A stretch of 64,000 bases of DNA from Roseburia hominis (GTDB taxonomy: Bacteria > Bacillota_I > Bacilli_A > RFN20 > CAG-826), in NCBI GenBank assembly GCA_963642055.1, contig CAVIFQ010000005.1, positions 9,633-73,632 on the forward strand, written 5' to 3'. Below, one piece after another: positions 43,807 to 53,730 of the stretch (positions are counted from its first letter, which is position 1; each line of letters begins with the position of its first letter). A model generated the notes under the pieces. It saw nothing but the letters and a program-made list of their open reading frames with translations, ran no database searches and had not been told where the DNA came from. A program made the translations under genes and the position numbers.

Positions 43807-44991
43807 CTATTTCTCGATGTGGGCACCAAAGGAGGGTATCACCACTTTCACGATGGAGCTAGAAGGATAATATTGCTCCATTTCCTTTATGAAGGCTTCT
43901 TCTTCATCTTTGTAGACGAAATTGATGGTGGTTCCCACTAACCCTCCTCCCATCACGCGAGAAGCGCCTTTGCTTAAGAAGAGATTCGCGCGTAAGACCG
44001 CTTCCAGTGGGCTCCCGGCGAATTTGCCAGGGATCATCGCGTTTTTAAGGAGTGTCTCTTGCGAGATCTCAGTCGCTCTTTCTAGCTCCAAGAAAGCCTC
44101 GAGGTTCTTCTCTTTGATGGCTTTATAGGCCCGGTCTACGCGTCTCTCCTCTTCATAGAAGTGGCGGGCGCGGAGTTTGGCTCTGACGGAGACTTCTTTC
44201 CAATCGCCTTTAGAGAGCATATCGACAAAATCCTTCTCATCGACTTCGCGTAAAACCTCTTTATCGAACATCTTTTTGGCGACTTCCTTCATATCAAGGG
44301 GCATTTCGCTGTAGAGGTCGCTTAAGCCGGCGTGAGAGGCGCCAGGATTGACCAAGATGATGGATAAAGGCCATTCGCTTGGGAAAGCAATCGGCTCCAC
44401 CACGGCTTTCTCCGGGTTTGCAAAATCGAGGTAGCAGACGCCACCGAAGGCGCTGCCGCATTGGTCAAGTAAGCCGCTCGCTTTCCCAAAGTAGACGTTT
44501 TCGGCGTATTTGCCAGCAAGCGCCATATCCAAACGCGAAATCTTATCGTCATTATATAAATAGGATATAGCCTCGGCGATGAATAGCTCATAAGCGGCTG
44601 AAGAAGAAACCCCAGCCCCCGGGAAGATGTCACTCACAAGCGCAGCCGAGAATCCCCCGACCTTATATCCCATCTTCGCGAGAGCGCTGATGACGCCACG
44701 CGTGAGGGATTTGGCACTGTACCCGTCCGCCTTATTGAAGCGGAGATCATTGACGGAGAAAGAGAAGAGAGGGTAACCGTCGCTATGGATGGAGACGAGC
44801 TCATCGCTCTTCTCGATGTAGCCGCGGATGCCAAGGCTACAGGTAGCCACAAGGCACTTCCCGTGTTGGTGGTCAGTGTGATTGCCGAGTATCTCCAGCC
44901 GCCCATAGGAGATTTCCTTGATGGTCGGTTTCTTTTTGAATGTGTCGAGATATATTTTCTCCGCTTTAGCAAAAGCCTCTTCGTTAGTCAT
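43807..44991 (-). CDS. galK: galactokinase (GHMP kinase)
   Basis: GRLEILGNHTDHQHG galactokinase signature and GHMP motif PGAGVSSSAA. Operon context with galT and galM. Confidence 0.85.
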   Translation of the reverse strand: MTNEEAFAKAEKIYLDTFKKKPTIKEISYGRLEILGNHTDHQHGKCLVATCSLGIRGYIEKSDELVSIHSDGYPLFSFSVNDLRFNKADGYSAKSLTRGVISALAKMGYKVGGFSAALVSDIFPGAGVSSSAAYELFIAEAISYLYNDDKISRLDMALAGKYAENVYFGKASGLLDQCGSAFGGVCYLDFANPEKAVVEPIAFPSEWPLSIILVNPGASHAGLSDLYSEMPLDMKEVAKKMFDKEVLREVDEKDFVDMLSKGDWKEVSVRAKLRARHFYEEERRVDRAYKAIKEKNLEAFLELERATEISQETLLKNAMIPGKFAGSPLEAVLRANLFLSKGASRVMGGGLVGTTINFVYKDEEEAFIKEMEQYYPSSSIVKVVIPSFGAHIEK

Positions 44992-46474
44992 TGAGAGCCT
45001 CCTTCAAGAATCTGTCTAAGCCCTTACGGCCCTTTTCGTCGTTTTTATAAACCGCGACGTTATTAAGAATGCCACGGCATACCTCATTGATGTATTCGCG
45101 GGAGGAGATATGCTTCTCCTTCATCTCTTTGATCATATCCCCGAAGATGGATAAATCCGGATAAAGGGCAAGATATTCTTCTTCGCTGTAGCCTTTTTCG
45201 ATGACTTCTTCCACTTCCTTGCATTGACGCTTTAATCGCGCTGGGAGGATGAATAAGCCAGCCGCCTCGATTAATCCGATACCCTCTTTCTTGATGTGAT
45301 GGTATTCAGGATGGGCGTGGAAGATACCGTCAGGATAAGTTTCATTACACTTGTTATTGCGGAGAAGGATCGTCATCTCGTAATTCTCGCCGTTTTTCCT
45401 CACGATCGGGGTGAGGGCGTTGTGGCGTCCTTCTTCATCATGCGAGATGATGGAATTCTCGGAATCATCATAATGGAGCCACTTATCGAGGATACGGGAA
45501 GCAATTAGGAGCATTTCATCCCTGTCTTTGCCTTTTAATCTAATCGCGGTGTCATAGAAATCGACGATCGAGACCTCGGTGTTTTTATAGCGGCTAGGCA
45601 CCACTTTACGGTCTTTCGCTAGAAGAAGCGGCAAAAGGTGCTCGCCACCTTGGAAATGCTCGTGATTGAGAATAGAGCCCCCGACGATTGGGAGATCGCT
45701 GTTGCTCCCGATGAAATAATGCGGGAAAAGGTCCACGAAATCGAAGAGGCAAGTGAAGGTCCAAGGGGAGATTTCCATCGGCACGTGCTTCTCGTAGAAG
45801 AGGATGCAGTGCTCGTTATAGTAGACGTAAGGGGAATACTGGAAATACCATCTTCCACCGGCCAGCGTCAAAGGGATCGTGCGGATATTCTCGCGGGCTG
45901 GATGATGACTATTGCCCTCAAAGCCAAGGTTCTCTTTGCAAAGGACGCACTTCGGGTAAGAGGTGGAGACTGGGGCCTTAAGGAGTTTGGCGATATCCTT
46001 GTTGTTTTTCTCAGGTTTCGAGAGATTGATGGATATCTCTAAAGGCGAGCCGTCTTTGTAAGTAGCGAGCCAAAGCTCGTTTTTGTCGACTTTGCTTTTG
46101 GCGATGTAGTCATTCGCGATCGATAGACGGTAAAGATAATCGGTCGCGCTCTTTTTGTCAGTTTTATAAAGCGAGAAGAAAGTCTCATTGACGGCGCTTG
46201 GAAGAGGGCTCAATAAACCCATGACGTAGGTGGCTTTTCTAGACGCTGCCCCTTCTTCTTCGCCTTGGCTCACGAAATAAGCGACGATCTCATTCACGAT
46301 CTCATCGGGCACTTTCATCTCATCGATGTGCTTGTAGTCGATTTCCCCTTCGAATGGCGCTTCGAGCTTAAAATAGGATAAAAGGAAATTGGTGAGGTAA
46401 ATCTCATCATCCTCTTTCATCCCCAAATGCTTTTTCGCGTAATAAATGGCTTTCGCGACGGTTTCACTGATCAT
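44984..46474 (-). CDS. galT: UDP-glucose--hexose-1-phosphate uridylyltransferase (family 2 GalT)
   Basis: 496 aa, the long Firmicutes-type GalT, with GGSILNHEHFQGG. Overlaps galK by 8 nt. Confidence 0.85.
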   Translation of the reverse strand: MISETVAKAIYYAKKHLGMKEDDEIYLTNFLLSYFKLEAPFEGEIDYKHIDEMKVPDEIVNEIVAYFVSQGEEEGAASRKATYVMGLLSPLPSAVNETFFSLYKTDKKSATDYLYRLSIANDYIAKSKVDKNELWLATYKDGSPLEISINLSKPEKNNKDIAKLLKAPVSTSYPKCVLCKENLGFEGNSHHPARENIRTIPLTLAGGRWYFQYSPYVYYNEHCILFYEKHVPMEISPWTFTCLFDFVDLFPHYFIGSNSDLPIVGGSILNHEHFQGGEHLLPLLLAKDRKVVPSRYKNTEVSIVDFYDTAIRLKGKDRDEMLLIASRILDKWLHYDDSENSIISHDEEGRHNALTPIVRKNGENYEMTILLRNNKCNETYPDGIFHAHPEYHHIKKEGIGLIEAAGLFILPARLKRQCKEVEEVIEKGYSEEEYLALYPDLSIFGDMIKEMKEKHISSREYINEVCRGILNNVAVYKNDEKGRKGLDRFLKEALND

Positions 46475-46478
46475 CTTC

Positions 46479-47450
46479 TTATCTCTCCTTAAAGAAACTA
46501 TATGTTATCGTATCGACTTTTTTAACGCCTTTTTCAACCTTCATCCCCGCAAAATCGTTTGGCGGGTATTCAGGCTCGATAGCCACGCTGCTCCGCGTAT
46601 GAAGAGGCTTATTATCGATCCCGATAATCGAGGAATCGGCGTAATTGCTTGAATATATGACGGTCGAGGGGAAGCTTGTGGATATCTCCAGCCGGTATTT
46701 ATCGCCACGTAAGAGGATTGGTGCCTCATCTTCTTTCTTCTCATCGAGGATGAAGCAATGGTCATACCCTTGGGCGTTGGTTTCATATAAATACGGGTCA
46801 TTTATATCGCGCCCGATTTTCTTCTCAGTCCGGAAATCTAGGCATGACGGCGCTTTTTCTTCGCCTTTGATCGATAAATCCTTCTCGTAAGTGAGGATCT
46901 TAGAGGACGCTAGACGGAGCGAGAGATTCTTGCAATCGCTTTCTCCAAGCGTGAAATAGGAGTGATTGGTGAGATTGACGGGCGTAGAGATATCGCTGCT
47001 TGTTTCATAGACAATCGACAAAGCATCGCCGACAAGCGCATAAATGATATTGACCTCCAGATTCCCTGGGTAGCCGTTATCCCCATCCTTCGAGAAGATG
47101 GATAGCACAAGTTTATCGCCTTCGATTTTGTCAGAGAAATATCGGAAAGAGAATGCGCCTTTCCCGCCGTGCAAAGAGTTACCGCCTTCATTGATAGAGA
47201 CATGATAGAGCTTACTCTCGAAATAAAGCTCGCCGTTTTTGACTCGTCCAGCGACACGGCCAACGCTTTTGCCAAAGTAGGCATCGCTCGTACAATACGC
47301 GCGGTAATCAAGCGGCCTCATTATCATCTCTTCGCCGTAATACTTAAGCGAATAGATGCCAGCGCCGAGAGTAGTAATTATTACCTCTAGGTGCTCGTTA
47401 GTGAGCAGATATGCCTTATCCCCTTCGATTGCTATCTCTTTGATTTCCAT
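46479..47450 (-). CDS. galM: aldose 1-epimerase (mutarotase)
   Basis: GNSLHGG, NLTNHSYF and YDHCF blocks. Start set at MEIKEIAIEG (ATG 47450); the track ORF extends into the cls 3' end. Confidence 0.8.
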   Translation of the reverse strand: MEIKEIAIEGDKAYLLTNEHLEVIITTLGAGIYSLKYYGEEMIMRPLDYRAYCTSDAYFGKSVGRVAGRVKNGELYFESKLYHVSINEGGNSLHGGKGAFSFRYFSDKIEGDKLVLSIFSKDGDNGYPGNLEVNIIYALVGDALSIVYETSSDISTPVNLTNHSYFTLGESDCKNLSLRLASSKILTYEKDLSIKGEEKAPSCLDFRTEKKIGRDINDPYLYETNAQGYDHCFILDEKKEDEAPILLRGDKYRLEISTSFPSTVIYSSNYADSSIIGIDNKPLHTRSSVAIEPEYPPNDFAGMKVEKGVKKVDTITYSFFKER

Positions 47451-47475
47451 ATATGACCTTCTTTCTTTTATCCAT

Positions 47476-49041
47476 TTATAGAAGCGGCGCGATGAGCTTA
47501 AGAAGCGGCCAGTGCCAGCCATACTTCTTCTTGATGGCGCGCCAATCGTCTTTTTTGACCTCTTTCGATTCCGCGAACATCTGTTCGAAGTCGTTTTTGA
47601 TATCTAAGCAAGCTGAGGAATCGGCGATGAAGACCGCGTTCTCGTAGTGGAGGTAAAGCGATCTGTAGTCGAGATTGATGGTGCCGGTGACCGCGAGGTG
47701 GTCGTCCGCCAAAAAGCTCTTTTCGTGGATGAAGCCTGGCGAATATTCGTAAATCCTTACGCCGGCGATAAGTAATTCCCGATAGTAGCTTCTCGATAAA
47801 GAATACACCTGTTTCTTGTCGGGGATGCCAGGCGTGATGATTCTGACATCGACTCCGCTTAAGGCGGCCCGCTTAATGGCTTCGCTCATCTCCCGATTCA
47901 AGATGAGATATGGGGTAGTGATATAGCAATATCTTTCCGCTCGAGCAAGGAGCGAGAGATAGACGTTTTGGCCGACTGCGCTATAAGAAAAGGGGATATC
48001 GCCATAAGGCTGGATGAAGCCGTCGCTACTGGGGAAACCGCCAATCTCATTGATGAAAGTCTTCGGCGAATAGTAATAGATATCGATATTGAAGCTCTTC
48101 TCGAAATTGTCTTTCCATTGGCTTAAGAAATCCAACGTGAGATTGCTGACCGCCTCTCCTTCCAAGCGGACGGCATTATCCTTCCAAACGCCGAAGCGCT
48201 TTTTCTCGTTGATATACTCATCGGCGATATTGATGCCACCCGTATAGCCAGTATGGCCATCGATGACCAAAATCTTGCGGTGATCGCGGTTATTGAGCTT
48301 GACCGAGATAAAGGGCTTGATGGGACGAAAAGAATAAGCCTTGATGCCTTTTTTCCGGAGCTCTTTATCGTAATTTTTCGGGAGCGTCGTCAAAGAGCCA
48401 AAATCATCATAGATGAGGCGGACATCCACCCCTTCTTGCACTTTCTCAAGGAGGATCGAGAGAATCTCACTCCACATCCTCCCTTCAGCGATGATGAAAT
48501 ACTCTAGGAAGATGTAGTGCTTGGCTTTCTTTAAATCGATGAGCATGCTCTTAAAAGCCTCTTCGCCAAGGGGATAATAGGTCACTTTGGTGCGCTCATA
48601 AATCCCGTTCCCTGAGCCTTCCTCGATATAGGAAGAGATGGCGTAAGAAGATAAGTCAGTGCTCTTTAATTTCTCTTTCGTATCGGTATCGGTGGCTGGA
48701 ATCTGCAAGCTCTTCAACAGGCGTATGGACTCTTTTTGCTGGCGCGGCGAGATTCTCTTATTCGCGAAGAGCACAAAAAAGAGGATGCCGACCACCGGCA
48801 AGACGCCGATGGCGAGAATCCAAGCGATTTTGTATTCGCTTTCGGTATTCGTGAAGAAAGCGTAAAGCTCGAAAAAAGCCTGCGCCGCCAGATAAGAGAA
48901 AATCATCGGGATATAGGTCTCTTTGGTCAAAGTCGCGCTGGTGAGTAGATAAAGAAAGGCGACCAGCAGCGCGATTTGGAGGAATATGAGAAAAAGAGCG
49001 AGTATCTTTTGCCATCTCCCGCCCGCCAGAATCCTTTTCAT
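47476..49041 (-). CDS. cls: cardiolipin synthase (PLD family, two HKD motifs)
   Basis: N-terminal TM helices. HKD motifs are NRDHRKILVIDG and IHEKSFLADD. First ATG at 49041; the track start at 49047 is GTG. Confidence 0.9.
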   Translation of the reverse strand: MKRILAGGRWQKILALFLIFLQIALLVAFLYLLTSATLTKETYIPMIFSYLAAQAFFELYAFFTNTESEYKIAWILAIGVLPVVGILFFVLFANKRISPRQQKESIRLLKSLQIPATDTDTKEKLKSTDLSSYAISSYIEEGSGNGIYERTKVTYYPLGEEAFKSMLIDLKKAKHYIFLEYFIIAEGRMWSEILSILLEKVQEGVDVRLIYDDFGSLTTLPKNYDKELRKKGIKAYSFRPIKPFISVKLNNRDHRKILVIDGHTGYTGGINIADEYINEKKRFGVWKDNAVRLEGEAVSNLTLDFLSQWKDNFEKSFNIDIYYYSPKTFINEIGGFPSSDGFIQPYGDIPFSYSAVGQNVYLSLLARAERYCYITTPYLILNREMSEAIKRAALSGVDVRIITPGIPDKKQVYSLSRSYYRELLIAGVRIYEYSPGFIHEKSFLADDHLAVTGTINLDYRSLYLHYENAVFIADSSACLDIKNDFEQMFAESKEVKKDDWRAIKKKYGWHWPLLKLIAPLL

Positions 49042-49284
49042 ACGCACCCTATTCTACTTGCCTATATCGCTACGCGATAGAAATTTTACGCTTTTAAAAA
49101 GCAAACGCATTAGAATTCGGAAGCGATTCAAAGCATCATCGATAAATGCAGAAATCGTTCCTGATGGAGATATTAGAAGCGCCACGAATACCCTATTTGT
49201 TGCCTAATTTGTCGCCGAAAATCTAGGTTGTTCTTGGCGCAAAACTCGCCAATTATTTCATTTTTACGGGCGCATATTTCAGGG

Positions 49285-49377
49285 CAAAATACAAATTTTC
49301 CATGTTTTTAAAGGCTCCCAAATACAAGTTTTTCATGTTTTTGGAGGCCTCCAAATACAAGTTTTTCATGTTTTTGG
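49285..49377. repeat. 33-bp tandem repeat x3 (CCAAATACAAGTTTTTCATGTTTTTGG)
   Basis: Units start at 49285 (diverged), 49318 and 49351. Each has CCAAA...TTTGG terminal dyads. The array is an orphan in the 564-bp spacer between the cls start and the SDR gene 3' end. Confidence 0.85.
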
Positions 49378-49565
49378 CGTTTATGGCGCTTCAGCTCTTT
49401 TACGAAAGGCGTATACAAAAATGGGGAAAATGCGTCACGAGACAAAATAAGATAATGGAGAAAATCCTCTCAAAACCGACTTTCTTTTGTGATTTTCGTA
49501 AAATAAGGAGATTTTGCTAAGAATATCAAAATCCCTACAAAAGCCCTTTGTTTTGCTCGTTAAGT

Positions 49566-49595
49566 GAAAAAGACGCGGGTTTTCCGCGCCTTTTT
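49566..49595. terminator. bidirectional terminator 3' of the SDR gene
   Basis: AAAAA-GACGCGGG-TTTT-CCGCGCC-TTTTT. Confidence 0.6.
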
Positions 49596-49611
49596 GAGCT
49601 GAGTTTATGAA

Positions 49612-50454
49612 TCAAACGCCCGAATAGGAAGAGAAGCCGCCATCGATCGGGAGAACGACGCCGGTGATGAAGGAAGAAGCTTCCTCGCTCGATAAGAAGA
49701 GCGTGGCTCCCACTAACTCATCGACTTCCCCAAAGCGACCCATCGGGGTGTTATTGATGATCTTATGGGCGCGCGCTGTCGGAGTGCCATCTTCTTTCCA
49801 TAGCAAACTCTTATTCTGCGTGGTGCTGAAGAAACCTGGCGCGATGGCATTAACTCTGATTCCCTCTTTTGAGAAATAGGTGGCAAGCCATTTGGTGAAA
49901 TTGCTCACGCTCGCTTTCGCGCCTGAATAAGCTGGGATCTTCGTAAGTGGAGTGAAGGCGTTCATGCTCGAGATATTGAGGATGGAGCAGCTTTTTCTCC
50001 CAATCATGTCTTTGGCGAAAACCTGGGTTACTAAAAGAGCAGAAAGGAAATTGAGATTGAAGACGAATTCGATGCCAGAAGCATCAAGATCGAAGAATGT
50101 TTTGAGTCCTTCTTTGGAAGCGTCGAAGAATTCATCGTCGGTGCTGGCTTTGGGGTTATTGCCTCCCGCGCCATTGACGAGAATATCGACTTTGCCGAGT
50201 TTCTCATTCACGGCTTGATGGCACGCGACGATTTCCTCCTTTTTGAGGCAATTGACCGCGAAAGAGGCGGCGACTCCGCCTTTATCCCTGATCTTTTTGG
50301 CGACCTCTTCCGCTTTCTCAGCGTTGAGGTCAAGGACGGCGACTTTGGCTTTCGCAGCTGAAAAAGCTTCGGCAAGAGCTGAGCAAATGATGCCTCCAGC
50401 GCCCGTGATGGCGACGACTTTTCCTTCAAAATCCGTAATTGATGGCAATTTCAT
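49612..50454 (-). CDS. SDR-family oxidoreductase, UxuB/YjmF-like (probable D-mannonate/fructuronate oxidoreductase)
   Basis: Rossmann motif is VVAITGAGGIICSALAEAF and the catalytic motif is YSGAK. It lies directly upstream of uxuA in the same operon. ATG lies 8 nt after AAGGAG. Confidence 0.7.
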   Translation of the reverse strand: MKLPSITDFEGKVVAITGAGGIICSALAEAFSAAKAKVAVLDLNAEKAEEVAKKIRDKGGVAASFAVNCLKKEEIVACHQAVNEKLGKVDILVNGAGGNNPKASTDDEFFDASKEGLKTFFDLDASGIEFVFNLNFLSALLVTQVFAKDMIGRKSCSILNISSMNAFTPLTKIPAYSGAKASVSNFTKWLATYFSKEGIRVNAIAPGFFSTTQNKSLLWKEDGTPTARAHKIINNTPMGRFGEVDELVGATLFLSSEEASSFITGVVLPIDGGFSSYSGV

Positions 50455-50466
50455 ATTTATCACTCC

Positions 50467-51504
50467 TTATTTAAGTTCGGCCATTTCGAATAAACCGTTG
50501 ATATATGTGGCTCCTAGAGCCCTATCGTATAAGCCGTAGCCCGGCTTTTCGTCCTCTCCCCAGATGTTTCTTCCATGGTCTGGGCGGACGTAACTATTAA
50601 AACCATTATCGACGAGCGCCTTTACGATCGCCCCCATATTGAGGCTTCCGGAGAAGCTGTTATGCCCCACTTCCACGAAGGAGCCATCTTTACCTGTATA
50701 GAGGATATTCCTTAGATGCGCGAAATGGATTCTTCCGTCTTTCGCGTATTTCGCGGCCATTTTCACAAGGTCGTTTTTTCTGCTAGCTCCTAATGAGCCG
50801 GTACAGAAAGTGAGGCCGTTGCGCTTAGAAGGAATGGCAGAAAATAAACGATCGAGGTCTTCTTCCGAAGAAATGATGCGCGGAAGAGAGAAGATATCCC
50901 ATGGCGGATCGTCAGGATGAATAGCCATATTGATGCCCACTTCCTCGCATACCGGAATTATTTTATTTAAGAAATAAATGAGGTTATCGAATAACTGTTC
51001 ATGGCTGATATCTTTGTAAATCCCAAGCAAATTCTGCAATTCCCCTTCCGAATACGATTCATCCCACCCTGGGAGATGGAGCTTATTCGGGTCGACTTTC
51101 GCAAAATCGCGATAGGAATAGGAGAGCGAATTGCTCCCGTCAGGATTCTTATGATGCATATCGGTCCGCAGCCAATCGAAAACCGGCATGAAGTTGTAGC
51201 AGATTACTTTGACCCCGACTTTCGCGCATAAACGGATATTCTCCGCGTAATTTGCGATATACCTATCTCTATCCGGAGAACCATATTTGATCTCTTCAAC
51301 GACCGGGATCGATTCGATAACTTCCATCGTTAAGCCGTTTTTTATCGCCACTTCTTTTAAGGCCAATAAGGAACTCTCTTTCCACACTTCGCCCGGCTTC
51401 ACGTCATACGGGGCGGTCACGATCGATTTCATGTTGGGGATTTGGCGGATTTGTTCAAGAGTTATCACATCGTCGAATCCATACCATCTAAAAGAAAGCT
51501 TCAT
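50467..51504 (-). CDS. uxuA: mannonate dehydratase
   Basis: MKLSFRWYGFDDVITLEQIRQIP and the following sequence are the characteristic UxuA N-terminus; 345 aa. Confidence 0.9.
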   Translation of the reverse strand: MKLSFRWYGFDDVITLEQIRQIPNMKSIVTAPYDVKPGEVWKESSLLALKEVAIKNGLTMEVIESIPVVEEIKYGSPDRDRYIANYAENIRLCAKVGVKVICYNFMPVFDWLRTDMHHKNPDGSNSLSYSYRDFAKVDPNKLHLPGWDESYSEGELQNLLGIYKDISHEQLFDNLIYFLNKIIPVCEEVGINMAIHPDDPPWDIFSLPRIISSEEDLDRLFSAIPSKRNGLTFCTGSLGASRKNDLVKMAAKYAKDGRIHFAHLRNILYTGKDGSFVEVGHNSFSGSLNMGAIVKALVDNGFNSYVRPDHGRNIWGEDEKPGYGLYDRALGATYINGLFEMAELK

Positions 51505-51704
51505 CTTTTTTCCTCGCTTCCAGAGTAATTATGCGCGAAAACATTCTAAAAAGAATTGCAAAATCTATTCAAATACATTGCATTTCTTTTATTAGATTTC
51601 CGCTTCAAAGGGGCAAAATCAAAAATTATTGCAATGTTTAATCAAAAAAATGGCAATTGTTATTCCATCATTCCTTTCTTAGACTCTTATAGGCAGGAGG
51701 CAAT

Positions 51705-53108
51705 ATGAAATATCTAGACGAAGACTTTTTGCTTCAAAACTCATACGCGAAAACCTTATATCACGATTACGCCGAGAAAATGCCGATATTCGATTTCCAT
51801 AACCATCTTGAGGCGGAGGAAATCTATCTCGACAAGAAATTCTCTTCTATCACCAGTTTCTGGCTCATCGATGAAAATAAGCATGGCGACCATTATAAGT
51901 GGCGATTGATGCGGGCTAACGGGGTGGATGAAGCCTATATAACTGGCGATGCGCCCGAAAAAGACAAATTCATCAAATGGATGGAAACGCTCAGGGTGGC
52001 GTATGGAAATCCGCTTTATGAGTGGTCGTTGCTCGAATTAAAACGCTACTTCGGGTTGGACGATCCTCTCTCATATGAGGATTCAGAGCTTTATGACATC
52101 ATCAATGGAAAATTGGCTTCCTTAAGCGTCCGCTCTTTGTTGCACAAATCTAACGTCAAAGTGCTAGCCACTACCAATGACCCAACGGATGATCTGCGCT
52201 TCCACCACCTCTTGAAAGAGGATCCTATTAACGACATCGAAGTCGTGGCCACTTATCGTCCCGATAAGATGGCCAACATCAACGATCCTTCTTATTCCTT
52301 ATATATAAAGAGGTTAGGAGAGAGTGCCAATATCGTCATCGATAGTTACGATAAACTTCTCGAAGCCGCGGAAAGAAGGCTTCTCTATTTCAAAGAGTGC
52401 GGCACTTTCATCAGCGATCACTCCATCGAATCGCTCCTCTTCCGCCCTTTGAATAAAGAAGAGAAAAATAAGATTTTCAAGAAAGCCATCGATAAGCAAA
52501 ATCTCGATGAAGAAGAGGCACTCCTCTTTAAGAGCAATCTAATCGTCGATCTCGCTAGAGTATACAAAAAGCACGATATTGCGATGCAGCTTCACTTAAA
52601 AGCCTCAAGGAACAATTCGAAGAGGATGTTCGCCAAACTTGGTCCCGATTCCGGATTCGATGCCATCAATGGCGGCGATTCCATCATCGGGCTCAGCAAG
52701 ATGTTCACGCTGCTTGATGAAACGGAGGAACTGCCAAAAACAATCCTCTATTCCTTGGACCAGAATGACTGGGCCGCTTTAACGGCTCTTGCTTACTCTT
52801 TCCAAGAAAAAGGAATCAAGGGCAAGATGCAGCTAGGTGCTGCCTGGTGGTTCTTCGATAATGCTGAAGGGATGAAACGTCAGCTCTCCACCATCAGCAA
52901 TATCGGACTGCTGTCCTCTTTCATCGGCATGGTCACCGATTCGAGAAGCTTCCTCAGTTTCACGCGCCACGAATATTTCCGCCGCGTGCTCTGCTCTTAT
53001 TTGGGTGAGCTCATCGAAAGCGGCCATATCCCCTTCGATAAAGAGGGCCTAGGGAAAATGATCCAAGGCATTTGCTACAATAACGCCAAAACCTATTTCG
53101 GGAGATAA
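51705..53108 (+). CDS. uxaC: glucuronate isomerase
   Basis: YLDEDFLLQNSYAKTLYHDYAEKMPIFDFHNHL is the characteristic UxaC N-terminus; 467 aa. Confidence 0.9.
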   Translation: MKYLDEDFLLQNSYAKTLYHDYAEKMPIFDFHNHLEAEEIYLDKKFSSITSFWLIDENKHGDHYKWRLMRANGVDEAYITGDAPEKDKFIKWMETLRVAYGNPLYEWSLLELKRYFGLDDPLSYEDSELYDIINGKLASLSVRSLLHKSNVKVLATTNDPTDDLRFHHLLKEDPINDIEVVATYRPDKMANINDPSYSLYIKRLGESANIVIDSYDKLLEAAERRLLYFKECGTFISDHSIESLLFRPLNKEEKNKIFKKAIDKQNLDEEEALLFKSNLIVDLARVYKKHDIAMQLHLKASRNNSKRMFAKLGPDSGFDAINGGDSIIGLSKMFTLLDETEELPKTILYSLDQNDWAALTALAYSFQEKGIKGKMQLGAAWWFFDNAEGMKRQLSTISNIGLLSSFIGMVTDSRSFLSFTRHEYFRRVLCSYLGELIESGHIPFDKEGLGKMIQGICYNNAKTYFGR

Positions 53109-53111
53109 ATC

Positions 53112-53729
53112 ATGAATAACGCCTTAAACAAAATCAAAGAATGCAAACTGGTGCCGGTCATCGTCGTGAATGACCTTGATGAAACGCGCGCCTTATTGAG
53201 CGCATTAGAAGAAGGTGACGTCCATGTCGCCGAAATCACTTTCCGCACCGCTTTAGCGAAAGATGCCATCGCCATCTTTAAGAAAGAATTCCCGTCTTTC
53301 CTTTTCGGGGCTGGGACCGTCTTAAATGCGGAACAAGCTAACTCCGCCATTGAAGCCGGCGCCGAATTCATTGTCTCCCCAGGCTACGCCGAAGAAGTCG
53401 ATGAAGTGGCAAAAAATGCCGATATTCCCTATATTCCTGGGGCCGTCACGCCTACGGAGATCACTACTCTTCTCCTGAAAGGTTTCACCTACCTCAAGTT
53501 CTTCCCTGCCGATGTCTATGGCGGATTAAAAGCCATCAAGGCCCTTTCCTCGGTCTTCAAAGACGTGAGCTTCATGCCTACAGGCGGGGTGAATCTCGAT
53601 AATCTAGCGGACTTCGCCAAATGCAAAAAAGTGTTCGCGATCGGTGGCAGTTTCCTCACGAAAGGGAGCCATGAAGAAATCGTGAATAATTGCAAACACG
53701 CAATGAATATCATCAAGGAGAATCAATAA
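53112..53729 (+). CDS. eda: 2-dehydro-3-deoxy-phosphogluconate (KDPG) aldolase
   Basis: 205 aa with LVPVIVVNDLDETRAL...VAEITFRT...KFFPA...GGV. Confidence 0.85.
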   Translation: MNNALNKIKECKLVPVIVVNDLDETRALLSALEEGDVHVAEITFRTALAKDAIAIFKKEFPSFLFGAGTVLNAEQANSAIEAGAEFIVSPGYAEEVDEVAKNADIPYIPGAVTPTEITTLLLKGFTYLKFFPADVYGGLKAIKALSSVFKDVSFMPTGGVNLDNLADFAKCKKVFAIGGSFLTKGSHEEIVNNCKHAMNIIKENQ

Positions 53730-53730
53730 T

